This document shows, piece by piece, positions 26,979 through 39,289 of a stretch of DNA of 64,000 bases. Position 1 is the stretch's first letter; each line of letters begins with the position of its first letter. The stretch comes from Mytilus trossulus (Eukaryota). The DNA is taken from positions 45,260,001 through 45,324,000 of the forward strand of contig NC_086384.1 in NCBI RefSeq assembly GCF_036588685.1, in the 5' to 3' direction. Under the pieces are notes generated by a model, which was not told where the DNA came from, made no database searches, and saw nothing but the letters and a program-made list of their open reading frames with translations. A program made the translations under genes and the position numbers.

Positions 26979-28471
26979 GTGGTATACAAAATACTCTTGA
27001 TTTAATCCAAGAACAGTACTATTTTCCGAATTTGAGTGAAAAAGTAACTGATTATATTCGTTCATGTCATGAATGTCAAAGCAGGAAAAATACCACACTA
27101 AAAACAAAAGCGTCCATTACATCATTTCCTACGCCGTGTGCACCATTTGAAGTTTGGGAAATGGATCTTCAATATGGACCCGTCCCTGTCTCTCGAAGTG
27201 GCAATTCTTACATTTTTACTGCAATTGACTTATTTAGTAAATACATGTTTGCAGAGCCGATACCTAACACTGATCCGTTAACAGTCGGAAATGCTCTTTT
27301 TAAATTAGTCACGCAATTTGGAGTTTGCCGAACTATCGTTAGTGATCAAGGATCGGAATTTATTGGTAAATGTTTCCGAGAAGTTTGTCGTTTATTGGAT
27401 ATTATTCAGGAATATACCCCTAGCTTCGCTCATCATTGTTTGGGAGCATGTGAGAGACCTCACAGAACTTTATCGGAAAGACTAACACCGTTTATTGTAA
27501 AAGGAAAACCATGGGAGGATGTATTACCGGGAATAGTATTTTCGATGAACAATACGCCAAACCAAAGTGTTGGATTTTCGCCTTTTGAAATAGTGTATGG
27601 GAAAAGACCCCACTTTCCGTTGTCTTTGCATATTAAGGACACAGACTTTTCGTCTGTACCTAAAGATTGTCATGCGTATCTCAAACAGCAACGTGAAAAG
27701 TTGAACCTTATACGTACTGAAGTCGAGAAAAATGCTATTAATTCACAAGTTAAAATGGTTGACCGAGTAAATAAGGACAAAATACCAAATATTTCATTTC
27801 ATGAAAACGACTATGTTTATTTGTCGAAAGAACCAACCGGGTCAGGACAAAAATTTAAGAATAGATTTGCCGGTCCATATGTGATCTCAAGAGTAAATAG
27901 TCCTCATATGTACACCTTAAAGGACCCAAACACGAACAAAATATTATCACAGCCAGTGCATATCAATAGACTGAAATCTGCGTATGTGAGAAAACCAAAT
28001 CCGTCAAAATATTTTATGGACCCTGTTCATACGAAACTAGACGATGTTAAAGTGCAAGATTATACATCTATGAATGAGGATAATACGCCTGTTCAGGAAA
28101 ACCAAAACACCAATTATGACAATTTATCTGATAATACTCCCGACACTGATAATACAAGCCAATCAGACAATATTTTGATTGTTGAAAATAGTACAACCAT
28201 GTCTCGCCCAAAGCGCACTAAGAAATTACCCGCTAGGTTCAAAGATAATAATTTCATTCATTTTAGTGAGGTTGACGTATCTAGCGATTCAAAGTCTGCA
28301 AGTCAGTTAAAAGTGAAAAGATTCCTAGCGCACAAAATAATGAATGGAAAAAGAACGTATCTTGCTCATATAGTTGGTGAACCAGCCCAACACGCTATGT
28401 GGCTTCAAGAACATCAGCTTGGACCGAAAGCCAAGGCCAAATTAACATCTCGACCTCCGCCAAAAATTTAA
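26979..28471 (+). pseudogene. pol: Gypsy pol 3' part: integrase (HHCC completion, DDE core, GPY/F, chromodomain-like tail)
   Basis: CGIQNT...CHEC, WEMDL, SDQGSEF, CERPH, FAGPY...VHINRLK; rejoins the 5' part in frame (GGA CAT TGT GGT) once the insertion and one TT are removed. Confidence 0.93.
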
Positions 28472-30175
28472 ACATTTTTATTGTCATAACATCTTTGTAA
28501 CAGCTTTGTAACTTGGGAAAGTATATACATTTCTCTTTTAAATTAAGAAACAGTTTATTGTAATAAAAGATAGTTTGTATTGATGAAACTTCTGACGTCA
28601 TCTATTGTTTATTATGCGTATTGTTTATATTGTTTGTAATATGCCATATGTATACATTGTACATGTAATTGATTATACTGATGAGCCGTAAGGCTTAAAG
28701 TTAATAAAGAATTTAGAATTTAGAATTAACATCATCTTTATTTAATTAGCGTCCACCATTTATATACTCTTTAGATTTATCTCATGAGTACATGCGCGAA
28801 ACAACTCACGGTAAATATATAATATATATTCACAAGTAGACTATTTGTCTGTGAGAGTTTTCTCATGACTACATGCGCAATATAACTGTATATATTCACA
28901 AGTTACTATTTGTCTGTGAGATTTATCTCATGACAATTTAATTAAGTAGCTATGTACAACGTCACATTTATCGAAATTTGGAACATCGACTCATGATATT
29001 CATAATTCGTCAAGGATCTGTGTGATATTTTTAGTGCCGTCTGTATTTTATTCTACCGCAAAATTACTTGTGAGATTTATCTCATAGTAAGATATCCGTT
29101 TACGGGATATCCGTAAATGAAGACCAAGAGGCAAAAGAGAAAGATTAATATGAACATTTATTGCATGTTCCCTATTGTATTTTGTATTTTTATGCATTGA
29201 TGTGTTTATTATATATGATTCCGGCATCACTTACATTTTTGCTACTTAAATATGATTATTGAAATATCGTATTTTGTATTCATTATTGATAACATGAATA
29301 ATATTGTTTGATTGATTAACATGTTTTTGTTTTGTATTGAAGCTTTTATTAGACTTTAAGGGCAGTTAGCCTGAATTACTTTTGAAAGGCAAATTCATTG
29401 ACTTTAGAACATGTAGCTAGAAGATTTACTTGTTGTTTTTCACCCTCCGTTTTGAATTTAGAATTATGACTATCGATTTGTGTGTAATTTTATAAGTTCG
29501 AAAGTTGCAAGGATTAGTTAAAGACTTAATCGAATTGTCAAAACTTTATAAAGGAAACTACATTTTATTTTATGAAATGAACATTGTTTTTTTTTCTGTA
29601 GTGCTGATTGGTAATGAAATAAGTTTAATAACCCCAAAACATGGAAATTGGAATAGTAAGGCATAGATAACCAAATGAGATTGTATGAATATCTGTCAAT
29701 GACTTTTATATGTTAATCACGAATAACCTGAGTAGTATTGCTGTGAGTAGTATGGTTCACGAGAAATTCAGAGTGCATGAGAGTTTTATGAGCTGATCTT
29801 GAATTGTATTTTTGTGTGAGACTCTTTGAAAGTGTGCATATTTTATCACGTTTAGCATTTATCTACAAAATAAGAGTAAGGACTCTGGTGATTTCATAGT
29901 ATTTTATATCATATGATATTTAACTGTCACGTTCATGACGAGCAAGATATTTTTATACATGTAGTACTCCGCAATTTGTTCCAAGATGCTTATTCCACCA
30001 AGTTATCCATACCAGTTACTTGTTCGTTAAGATATATATTGAAAGATCGAGAATTTTGAATATTTTGAAAGTTAGAAAGATAGTATTGTAATATTGATCA
30101 TGTATTTTTATTTGATTGTGAATCTGAATTCCATATATGCAAAAATTCATTGGGAATTTTCTTTCTGCCGGGGGA

Positions 30176-30375
30176 TGTTATATATTTAGATATATATGTT
30201 TTATATATGTGTGATTCAGTTTTATATGTTTTACGGAATTGTACAAGTGATGTCCGGAAACGCCTTTTTGTTTTACGCTCTCTTTTATTAAATGTCGTCA
30301 ACGTAAGACGTGTTTTTATTGCTTGAGCTAGTCCCAACCCAAAATCTATAATTACAACGAGGCGATATCGTTACA
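30176..30375 (+). repeat. 3' LTR (200 bp)
   Basis: Identical to the 5' LTR, followed by the AGTT TSD. Confidence 0.97.
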
Positions 30376-30665
30376 AGTTATAGAATCTCTATGTGTATCC
30401 GTTGTCCAATCAAAATTGTCTGCAAATGAAACAGCATTTGCCTTTTAATACTGCTCTCCGCGAATTTTTATTCCATGCACATGAAAGTATGGGATCACAG
30501 ATTGGGACCGTGCACGTAATAGTATCAAGCATTTAAAAAAAGAATCAAACAAAAAGATATACAGTGCATAGTATAAGGTATTAGCTAAAACTTTAAACAG
30601 GAAATTGCTTTTTGCAATAATCGACATATTATATACCAATGTGTTGTTAACGCAGACATTAATAA

Positions 30666-31186
30666 AGGAGTAGGTCCAGTAAGACCCTTTTTGGCCCCAA
30701 AATATAGCAGTTTTACAAAATTGTTAAAATGTAAACTTTTAGTTATTTATTGGAGAGGTACTAGCACCAATAAGTTATGCTAAATTACTGAAATCTTCAT
30801 AATTCTAGCATTTTAGCTAAATTTTAGACGATTTCCGTGTAAAACGAAAGTGGCCGCATTCGTGTTCATCCTAAATAATGAAATGTAAGTTGTATTTGAT
30901 GATAATTCATAACATATATATAGGTTGAGGATGAACACGGATGCGGCCACTTTCATTTATGACAAAAACCATCTGAAAAGTGACATTTTTCGGCATATTT
31001 GGTAGATTTTTCATATGTAAGCTTGAATCGGATCGTTTTTAATGACTAAAATAGTTAAAATCTTTCACATGAATTAATTGATTAAAATGAAATAGACACT
31101 TAAAAGTGTTTAAAAAGTGGTCAAAATCTTTCGTCCGTTGAATCTGAAATTTGAGGACAAAATCGGTCCTTACCGGACCTACTCCT
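30666..31186. mobile_element. MITE with AGGAGTAGGTCC(A/G)GTAAG TIRs (Kolobok-like)
   Basis: aggagtaggtccagtaagacc ... ggtccttaccggacctactcct; internal inverted repeat 30846-30956. Confidence 0.8.
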
Positions 31187-32129
31187 TTGTTATCTTTATC
31201 AAGTTGAATTTTAAAATTTACACCATTCTGTAATTAAAGGAGCACGGATACTACTTGTGTATGCTTTAGACAAACATAGCATGAAATACTCCCAAATGAC
31301 AAATTATAAAAGGAACACGTTTCTTTGAAATAACAGTTGTTAAAAGGTTTTCTACAGACAGTTTTAAATGCTCACTTGACAGCAAGTGTCACTGCAAGTG
31401 TCCAGTTTGACATTATTCATAAGTTTTCAGTCGAAATACCTTGTAATATCTCATCAGAGAAGCCAGGGTTATAATTTTTCACTCAAGACGCACGCTTCAT
31501 CTACACACGACTCGTCAGACTAAGAGACGCTCAAATTAAAACATTAAATTTGTATTGCGCAACACTTTTCGCTATATATTCATTATTTATACCACTTAAG
31601 AAGACAGCGAACATAATTCTCCTATACCTTTTTCATAAAAAGCATCCCAAAGTGTTGACCGATTAATTTTAGCCTCACTTAAGAATATTTTTCCTTTATG
31701 CTTCATCTTCGCCTGTCAACTATCCTTAGTGAGTATTTTATCATTTTGAAACATAAAAAAAATAATTAAGCTGTTTTCGTGATAATATTTTTGATTTTTT
31801 TTTTGGTAATTAACTACAAACAAATTTGTTAAAAGATATGTACATGTACATAAACCATTTTTCAATTTAGTAGCTGCACTTTTCCTGGTATCACTTTCCT
31901 AATTGATAGTTTAATATTTAAACCATGTTTCACCGAAATCCAGATTCATGAGGTTATATGTGTTTATTCATTATCAGACTTAATTATGAGATTGTTACAA
32001 TATGTTTCAATTTGACCAATATTATTTAAAGAACAATATATTTTACAAGATCCACTGCAGTGCACCTAGTAGAGCCAATTAAAGTTTTAGAAATGACATG
32101 TAGTGATTTGCACTTGTTTGCTGATTCGT

Positions 32130-33480
32130 GTTGGTGATTTGGTTATCTCCTCGACTCGTGTATATGCGCTGGTTCGATTCGTGCTTGTATGCTGGTTGTC
32201 TCCGCGAATCGTTACTTGTGGTCTGATTATCTCACATGCTCTTGCCTGCTCGCTGGTTCGCCCACCGACCCGTGATTGTGTGCTGGATCTCTCACCGATT
32301 CGTGTGTGTGGCCTGGTTCCTCATCGATTCGTTATTTGTAATCAGTTTCGTTATCTGTGGTCCGGCTTTCACATATTTGTTCTTCTGATCTTGTTCTCTC
32401 ACCGACTCGTTCTTGTGCTCTCATTGGTTCTCTCATCAACTCGTGCTTGTGCTCTCATTGGTTCTCTCACCGACTCGTACTTGTGCTCTCATTGGTTCTC
32501 TCACCGACTCGTACTTGTGCTCTCATTGGTTCTCTCACCGACTCGTACTTGTGCTCTCAATGGTTCTCTCACCGACTCGTACTTGTGCTCTCAATGGTTC
32601 TCTCACCGACTCGTACTTGTGCTCTCAATGGTTCTCTCACCGACTCGTACTTGTGCTCTCATTGGTTCTCTCACCGACTCGTACTTGTGCTCTCAATGGT
32701 TCTCTCACCGACTCGTACTTGTGCTCTCAATGGTTCTCTCACCGACTCGTACTTGTGCTCTCATTGGTTCTCTCACCGACTCGTACTTGTGCTCTCAATG
32801 GTTCTCTCACCGACTCGTACTTGTGCTCTCAATGGTTCTCTCACCGACTCGTACTTGTGCTCTCATTGGTACTCTTACCGACTCGTACTTGTGCTCTCAT
32901 TGGTTCTCTCACAGACTCGTACTTGTGCTCTCATTGGTTCTCTCACCGACTCGTACTTGTGCTCTCATTGGTTCTTTTATCGACTTGTGCGCATAGGCGG
33001 ATCCAAGGGGGACCCTCCCTTTCCTGGGAAAAAAATTTGGTTGATTATATAGGGAATCACTGAAGCATGCCTGGAGCGGGCCCCCTTATAAAAAGTTCTG
33101 GATCCGCCACTGGTGCGTATGTGCTGAATCACTCAACGACATGTGTGTGTCATTTTGTTTTCTAAGCGACTCGTGCTTGTACGCTGGTTATAAATTCGAC
33201 TCGTCTTTGTAATCTCTCTTGTTGTCTCAGCGACTCATGCTTGCGTGCTGATTCTCTCAACGACTCATGTGTGTGCTCTGGTTCTCTAAGCGACTCATGT
33301 ATGTATGCTGGTATTCCCGTTGACTAGTGCTAGTACGTTGGTTCTCTCACAGATTTGTTTTGATGCACAGTCCCACTGGCTATCTCACTGACGTGTACAT
33401 GTGTGCTGGTTGTCGCAACGACTAGTTACTAGTGTTCTCAATCCGACACCGACTAGCGCTTGTGGTCTAGATCTCTGACT
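32130..33480. repeat. 34-bp minisatellite (TCTCACCGACTCGTACTTGTGCTCTCAWTGGTTC): homogeneous core 32390-32985, degenerate flanks
   Basis: Direct tandem units, period 34. Confidence 0.95.
32992..33112. mobile_element. MITE with 5-bp TSD (GTGCG), hAT5-like
   Basis: cataggcggatcca...tggatccgccactg flanked by gtgcg/gtgcg. Confidence 0.85.
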
Positions 33481-33914
33481 TCATTAAACGTGTCATAGTT
33501 ATTATAAGAATTTCATTTACATATAGTATTTATTATGATTAAGAGATATACTGTCTAATTCGGTGTTTGAAAATGTTTTATTCATTTTTTCCATTGTTTT
33601 AAAATGATTTATGCACTTATTGGTTTGCCGTTAGTATTCACATAGAGTCGTAGATTGATATTCATTAAAATCAATAACGTTCATAGAATTAAAGAAACTT
33701 GAACATATGCTTTTTCAAGATAATAGAAAATAGGATCTGAAAAAATTATCTTAAAATCCGCTGCATTTTACTAATAAATAGACCGTGATCTTTGTTTGGT
33801 TGTCAACAATACATATTAACTTTAAACTTTATTGAAAAGCACGTTACGCCCATATGGGACAATGGCTTAAAACATTTTACACAATATACAGTTTACATAT
33901 ATATAAAACAATGA

Positions 33915-34380
33915 AAACAAGTCAAACTGCGAGCTACTGCTCACTGATGATACCCCCGCCGCAAGTGGATAATATTATAGTGTAAAAATATGCAAGTGTT
34001 CGGTAAACAGGAAGTTGTCGAGTGATGAATCTGAAAACGCATCACACGGTATAGCTTACTTATATAAATCCTGAAACCAAATTTCAGAAATCCTTGTATT
34101 GTAGTTCCTGAGAAAAATGTGACGAAAATTTTCAACTTGGCTATCATATGTAAAATCATACAAGTGTTCCGTAAACAGGAAGTTGTCAAGTGATGAATCT
34201 GAAAACACATCACACGGTATGGCTGACATATATAAATGTTGATACCAAATTACAGAAAGGGTGGATGTGTAGTTCCTGAGAAAAATGTGACGAAAGTTTC
34301 ATGGGACGGACTGACTGACGGACGGACGGACAGACAGAGGTAAAACAGTATACCCCCCATTTTTTAAAGCGGGGGTATAA
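33915..34380. mobile_element. Helentron/Helitron-derived non-autonomous element (HINE/pearl-like)
   Basis: Two ~160-bp internal repeats, GACG/GACA microsatellite, terminal hairpin tataccccc...gggggtata. Confidence 0.75.
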
Positions 34381-35149
34381 TAAACAATGCAGACACTTTG
34401 AATTATAACTAACACTGACAGTAGCAATTGAAGGCTAGACACAGGGTTCCCGAAGAACCTTTCACGATTTTAAGTACATTCTATATACATGCAGCACAGA
34501 AATGTTCTGCAAAGCTGAGATACATCAAATTTGCCTTAATTGCTTCCTTAGACAGGTGAAAGATACCAAAGGGTTTGTCAAATTTATACGTGGAAAACGA
34601 ACTGACAATGCCAGGGTAAAAAAACAAAAAAACCAACTGAGTGTACTATACAAAACGCAACATAGAAACACAGATATTGAGCAACACAAACCCAATAAAA
34701 AACCCTGGATGATCTCAATAGCATCCAAATAGTAAGCATATATGGTCCATACAACTTTTCCTATTTTTGTCCCAGTTGTCATGTCTTGCGTTCTTACATT
34801 CTTACACTGTATAAGATTTATCGAACTTAGTAAGTGTCTGAATGTTTCTCGATACTAGAAAATGCAATTTTTACCTACCGATTCCACTATTTCGTAAAAC
34901 TTAGAAAACCAGTAAGATACGGCACCAAAGCTGCCCAAAATATATCCTACTATTACTATGGTATGCGTGTAAGGCTGCAACTAGAAAATAAAATACATAA
35001 ACATTATAAACAATATAATATCAAATACAAAAGAAATAGCACATAGATATGAAAAAGAGCCATGGTATATTTTAAAATATCCTGTTTAATTATTCACAAT
35101 TGTTTAAGACTCGAATGACGAAGAGCTTAACAGGATGAATGACCACCCC

Positions 35150-35285
35150 GTTGGCGAATCCAGTGGGGGAGGGAGTCCGGGAGTTGAAACCCCCTTTTTC
35201 TGGCCAATCAATGCATTTGAATGGGGACATATAGTTGGAACACCCCCTTTTTATCCTGTTTATAAAATGGCTGGATCCGCACCTG
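35150..35285. mobile_element. Degenerate GGCGGATCCAG-type MITE
   Basis: tggcgaatccag...ctggatccgcacctg. Confidence 0.6.
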
Positions 35286-35914
35286 CTGACCCCATTTTGT
35301 TGCAGACTGCATGTCGCCCCCTAGATGTCTGTTGGTTATTCCTGTTGCTGAAACAATGTTTTATTGACGTTTAACCAACATCTCTTGTTGTTCATATATA
35401 TTAGTCCTTACTAGTAGGTCACATTCTAGGAAAAGATGCGGGGATTATAATTACGACGGAATTACGACAATTGGAACATACCCGTCGTCATCTGTCACGA
35501 CACCCTATTTGGGCTTCACGAATTTTATAATTATATCGAAATACAACATGGTGTGTTCTTGTTTAACTGGTCTTTTGGAACATGTGATAACATTATAGCT
35601 ATGCACAAAAAATACTTTAGCTCACCTTTGCAGAATTTTCATATACGATTTTATCATCAGATATGGTAAGGTATTGTGCGACGCACATGGTTATAAACAT
35701 TAAACATAATGTCAAACAGAAGGCTGAACACAAACAATGATATTTTTCAGTTACAGGCTTTCGTTTTGTTCCTTTTTGGTCGGCACCTATAGTAAAAAAA
35801 GTTCAACATGATCAAAATAACAATTAATAACAATACAAGGATGTAATGTGCTAGTTCAAGATAGTGCAAGATAACAGAACACAGGAACATATTATGCTAC
35901 CTTACCCGTGCACG

Positions 35915-36065
35915 GTATTCTGACCAATATTTTCTCTTACTCATTAATGCCGCATGCTAAGCGTAGAAGCAGCGAATACAAATAATCAAGTCTGGTTTGA
36001 CTAGACTTGGGTTCAAAACCACGACCTCCCGCACTCGAGACGATGACGAGGCTGCAATGAGACCA
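35915..36065 (-). mobile_element. tRNA-derived SINE remnant
   Basis: Minus strand: degenerate B box (ggttttgaaccc), then gtcaaacc and gctgcttctacgcttagcatgcggcattaatgagtaagag, as recalled for molluscan SINE bodies. Confidence 0.6.
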
Positions 36066-36227
36066 CTCAATCAGTTTAAATAACAAAAGAAATTTGGGGT
36101 AAACGTCAATGAGACAGCAACCCAGACTAATAAAAACACATTTAAGTTTAGCATTATCTATATTAATATAAAGCATAAGAGTCACTTCTTGAGGATTAGA
36201 CATTTTTGTTCCGAGTGAAATTGAGAT

Positions 36228-36445
36228 TGTTACTGAGCATGACAGATCCCACTCTCTTGACAGAGAAATCACTGAGCATGACGGATCACTTTCTCTTGAC
36301 ACAGAAATCACTGAGCATGACGAATAACACTCTCTTGACACAGAAATCACTGAGCATGACGGATCACACTTACTCGACATAGAAATCACTGAGCATGACG
36401 AATCACACTCTCTTGACACGGAAATCATTGAGCATGACGGATCGC
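36228..36445. repeat. 39-bp minisatellite, ~5.5 copies
   Basis: actgagcatgacggatcacactctcttgacacagaaatc units. Confidence 0.9.
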
Positions 36446-37340
36446 AGAAAGCCAAGTATAAATGTACCGTGTATTTTCTTTGCGGTTCGAACTGTCGTGT
36501 ATTATCTTATGTTTGTTTTGACAGTAATCTATTCAGTGTTTTCAATTAAAACACGCAATAAAAAACAAATATGTTAATAGAACGTGCATATTTATTTCAA
36601 AGTACAGCTGTACCTGGAAGTCGAAAGTTTATGTTGATTCATTTCAAAAAGTAAGTATAATTTCCAATAGAACAGCATGGCAGCAACACTTTTATCTTTA
36701 AACAAGTATGATAGTAAGTCCCGGAGCTTTAAGTTCACTATTTTGGAAAGAAGGCTGCTAGATATTGAAAACTATTGAACAAGGGCCCAGTAATACGAAA
36801 CTAACCCCATCTGTTCAACATGATACCTGGTTGCAATCATTATTCGACGAAAACATATGTCTAACAGATAGTCTTACGAATACGAATGTTTAATTTTGGT
36901 TCGGTTAACATATTAAAATTAACAAATTCCATTTTTTTTTGCTTTCAAAATTTCTCTCTTATTTCTTATTCATAATTTAGCAGCAACATACTATTGGTCA
37001 CCCAGGTTTTATAGTAAAACATCGATGCAATATTTTTCAAACTATCAAATTTGGAACAAAGATTTATTCTAATCAAAAATTTGATGCGAGATATCGAAAA
37101 AAATAAATAGACAACACCATTGCATAGCCAAAAACGAAGGCACAATGCCAAAAGAAAAACATAAGTTCACAAAACACAGCATAGAAAACTAAAGATTGTA
37201 CAAAACAAACCCATCATAACCGGGTTTGATCTTTAAAGGGCTCCAGAAAGGTACATAAATCCTGCTCCACATGTGACACCGGTCATGTTGCTCAAGTAAA
37301 AATAAACCCGGTGATGGGTCTATTTCGGTAGGTCACATTC

Positions 37341-37448
37341 GGAGAAAACAGGACGGGATTGTGGTTAGAGAAAACAGGACGGGATTGTGGTTGGAGAAAA
37401 CAGGACGGGATTGTGGTTAGAGAAAACAGGACGGGATTGTGGTTGGAG
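37341..37448. repeat. 26-bp tandem repeat x4 within a Penelope-like fragment
   Basis: gagaaaacaggacgggattgtggtt(a/g). Confidence 0.9.
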
Positions 37449-38241
37449 AGTATCTGTTGTCATTTGTGAGATTGCATAACGGTCAACTCCCCCTAAAATA
37501 ATCCTAAACGAGAAGAGAAATAGGTTGTCCACAGGTCCAGCACAACTTTCACGTAAAAACCTTATCTATGGAAACTACAAAATCAGATGAAGAGTTAACA
37601 TTTTCAAAACAGATTTATTACTTACCAATATTTTCATTCGATGGTGTTCTAGAACACCAACAGTGTAAACCAATAGCTGCATTAACTACTGTTCCAAACA
37701 GAGCAAAAATAACCTAGAATATAAAATTACAGTTAATTATACACTAATATATCAATAAATAAACGAGTACACATTTGTAGAAATAACATATATTAGGCCT
37801 AAAAAGAAAAAGTTATTATAATGACAATACTGTTGAGATGTTGCAAACATATTTTTTTCTTCTTTCAAATGAATCCTGCACAATTCAGTAATGTTTATCT
37901 AACCGCTATTGAATAAGTTGACCAAAATGGAACATGTCGTAAAATGGACCATGTCGTGCGATACAAGATAAAAGTTTCTTAAGAAACATATGAATATAAG
38001 TGTAATGGGCAAAGTTCGCGTAATAGAATGAAGTTAGAACTCAAGATGGTAACTACACACAGCCTTTTTCAAAAACTTTCTTTCTTTCGTTCTGTCAAAT
38101 AGTAATTGACAAAATGAGAAAACATTTTATGATTATTTATTTTGAGTTAAATCATTTTTCTAGACAAACTGATTAAATGCAAGGGAAACATATTATAATT
38201 TATCATATTATATATAGAAAACGCATGACAATCTTTAGTCT

Positions 38242-38345
38242 ACATATTGGCCTTTGTTATGGTATGAACATATTGGCCTATGTTATGGTATGAACATATT
38301 GGCCTATGTTATGGTATGAACATATTGGCCTATGTTATGATATGA
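38242..38345. repeat. 26-bp tandem repeat x4
   Basis: acatattggcctatgttatggtatga. Confidence 0.9.
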
Positions 38346-39289
38346 TTTCTTAGTGCACTAATATTCAAATTGAAACGCAATTGTTTTACTATAACAGGTA
38401 CTGAATTTCAAGATCAAATAACAATCAACGATTTAATAGAGTATTGTGTAAAATCGTTTCACCTGTCTATTCAAATACTATTTAGTAGTCATTTAAAGGT
38501 ATGTATTAATTAAAACAATTGAAACAAAGCAAAAGAAACAAAACAATACAGAAAAGTAAAACGATACAAATATAATTGTTCCAACTAAAAGGATTGCTTA
38601 ATTAAATGAAAAGCTCTAGTTGTATTTTACAAAGTGAAGGCAAGAGCAGAACGACACACCGTGGATACCACTTACAACAATTTTAAGTTGATTTGATTGA
38701 TTATATTAAATTGGATAAAATATTAATAAAACAGGTAGGAATCTCATTAAACTGCAATATTCAGATATTTTCTTTATAAAATGCTAGAACTTAAGGAAAG
38801 GGATGACAATGAAAAATGTTCATGTAGACCTCCCTTAGAAACATGCAGGATTAAATATACCATTGTGAGAAAAAATAACCAGTTGACTTTAAAACGTAAG
38901 CAGCTGCAATATCATGGATATACATATTTATATCAAAATGAATTAAGATATACCAGTTAGAAAGAGAACAAATTGCAATTGAATTTTAAATAGGCAACTA
39001 ATAAACATATAAATAACAGACATCATTTCACTTGAAGGTTAGTAAGTTAGATTAACGGTATCAAACATCATCTGATACCGAGAAATTAATGCATACTAGT
39101 ATTATAAAGTCTTTACACTAAATCCATTGATCGTGTACTGGATGATAATTTAGTCTGGGAAAACACAACTATTCATAATTGGGTTTTAACTAGCTTTCGG
39201 TAACAACGAGTTCTCTTAGATCACCGCCTTGTGTATTTTGTTTAGTAATTTAGAAAAAAAACACATTTATTTTCATTAATTTTTCAGAG

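Larger units (their letters stand above)
20121..30375 (+). mobile_element. Ty3/Gypsy LTR retrotransposon, internally deleted (no gag/protease), interrupted by a DNA transposon
   Basis: Identical 200-bp TG...CA LTRs, 4-bp TSD AGTT (20117-20120 / 30376-30379), PBS TGGTGGAG at 20321, G-rich PPT at 30170-30175, RT-RNaseH-IN order. Confidence 0.97.

Noticed and set aside
28678-28700. CTGATGAG-CCGTAAGG-C hammerhead-like core
   Set aside because: No GAAA after stem II and no stem III or cleavage triplet
20121-30375. Identity with the Steamer retrotransposon
   Set aside because: 4-bp TSD, Ala-like PBS and a different pol layout do not match what I recall for Steamer (5-bp TSD, Leu PBS)
32103-33063. 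Three overlapping 216-297 aa ORFs
   Set aside because: Stop-free readings of the 34-bp minisatellite
35937-36455. 172-aa Cys/Ser-rich ORF
   Set aside because: Made of the 39-bp repeat plus a SINE remnant
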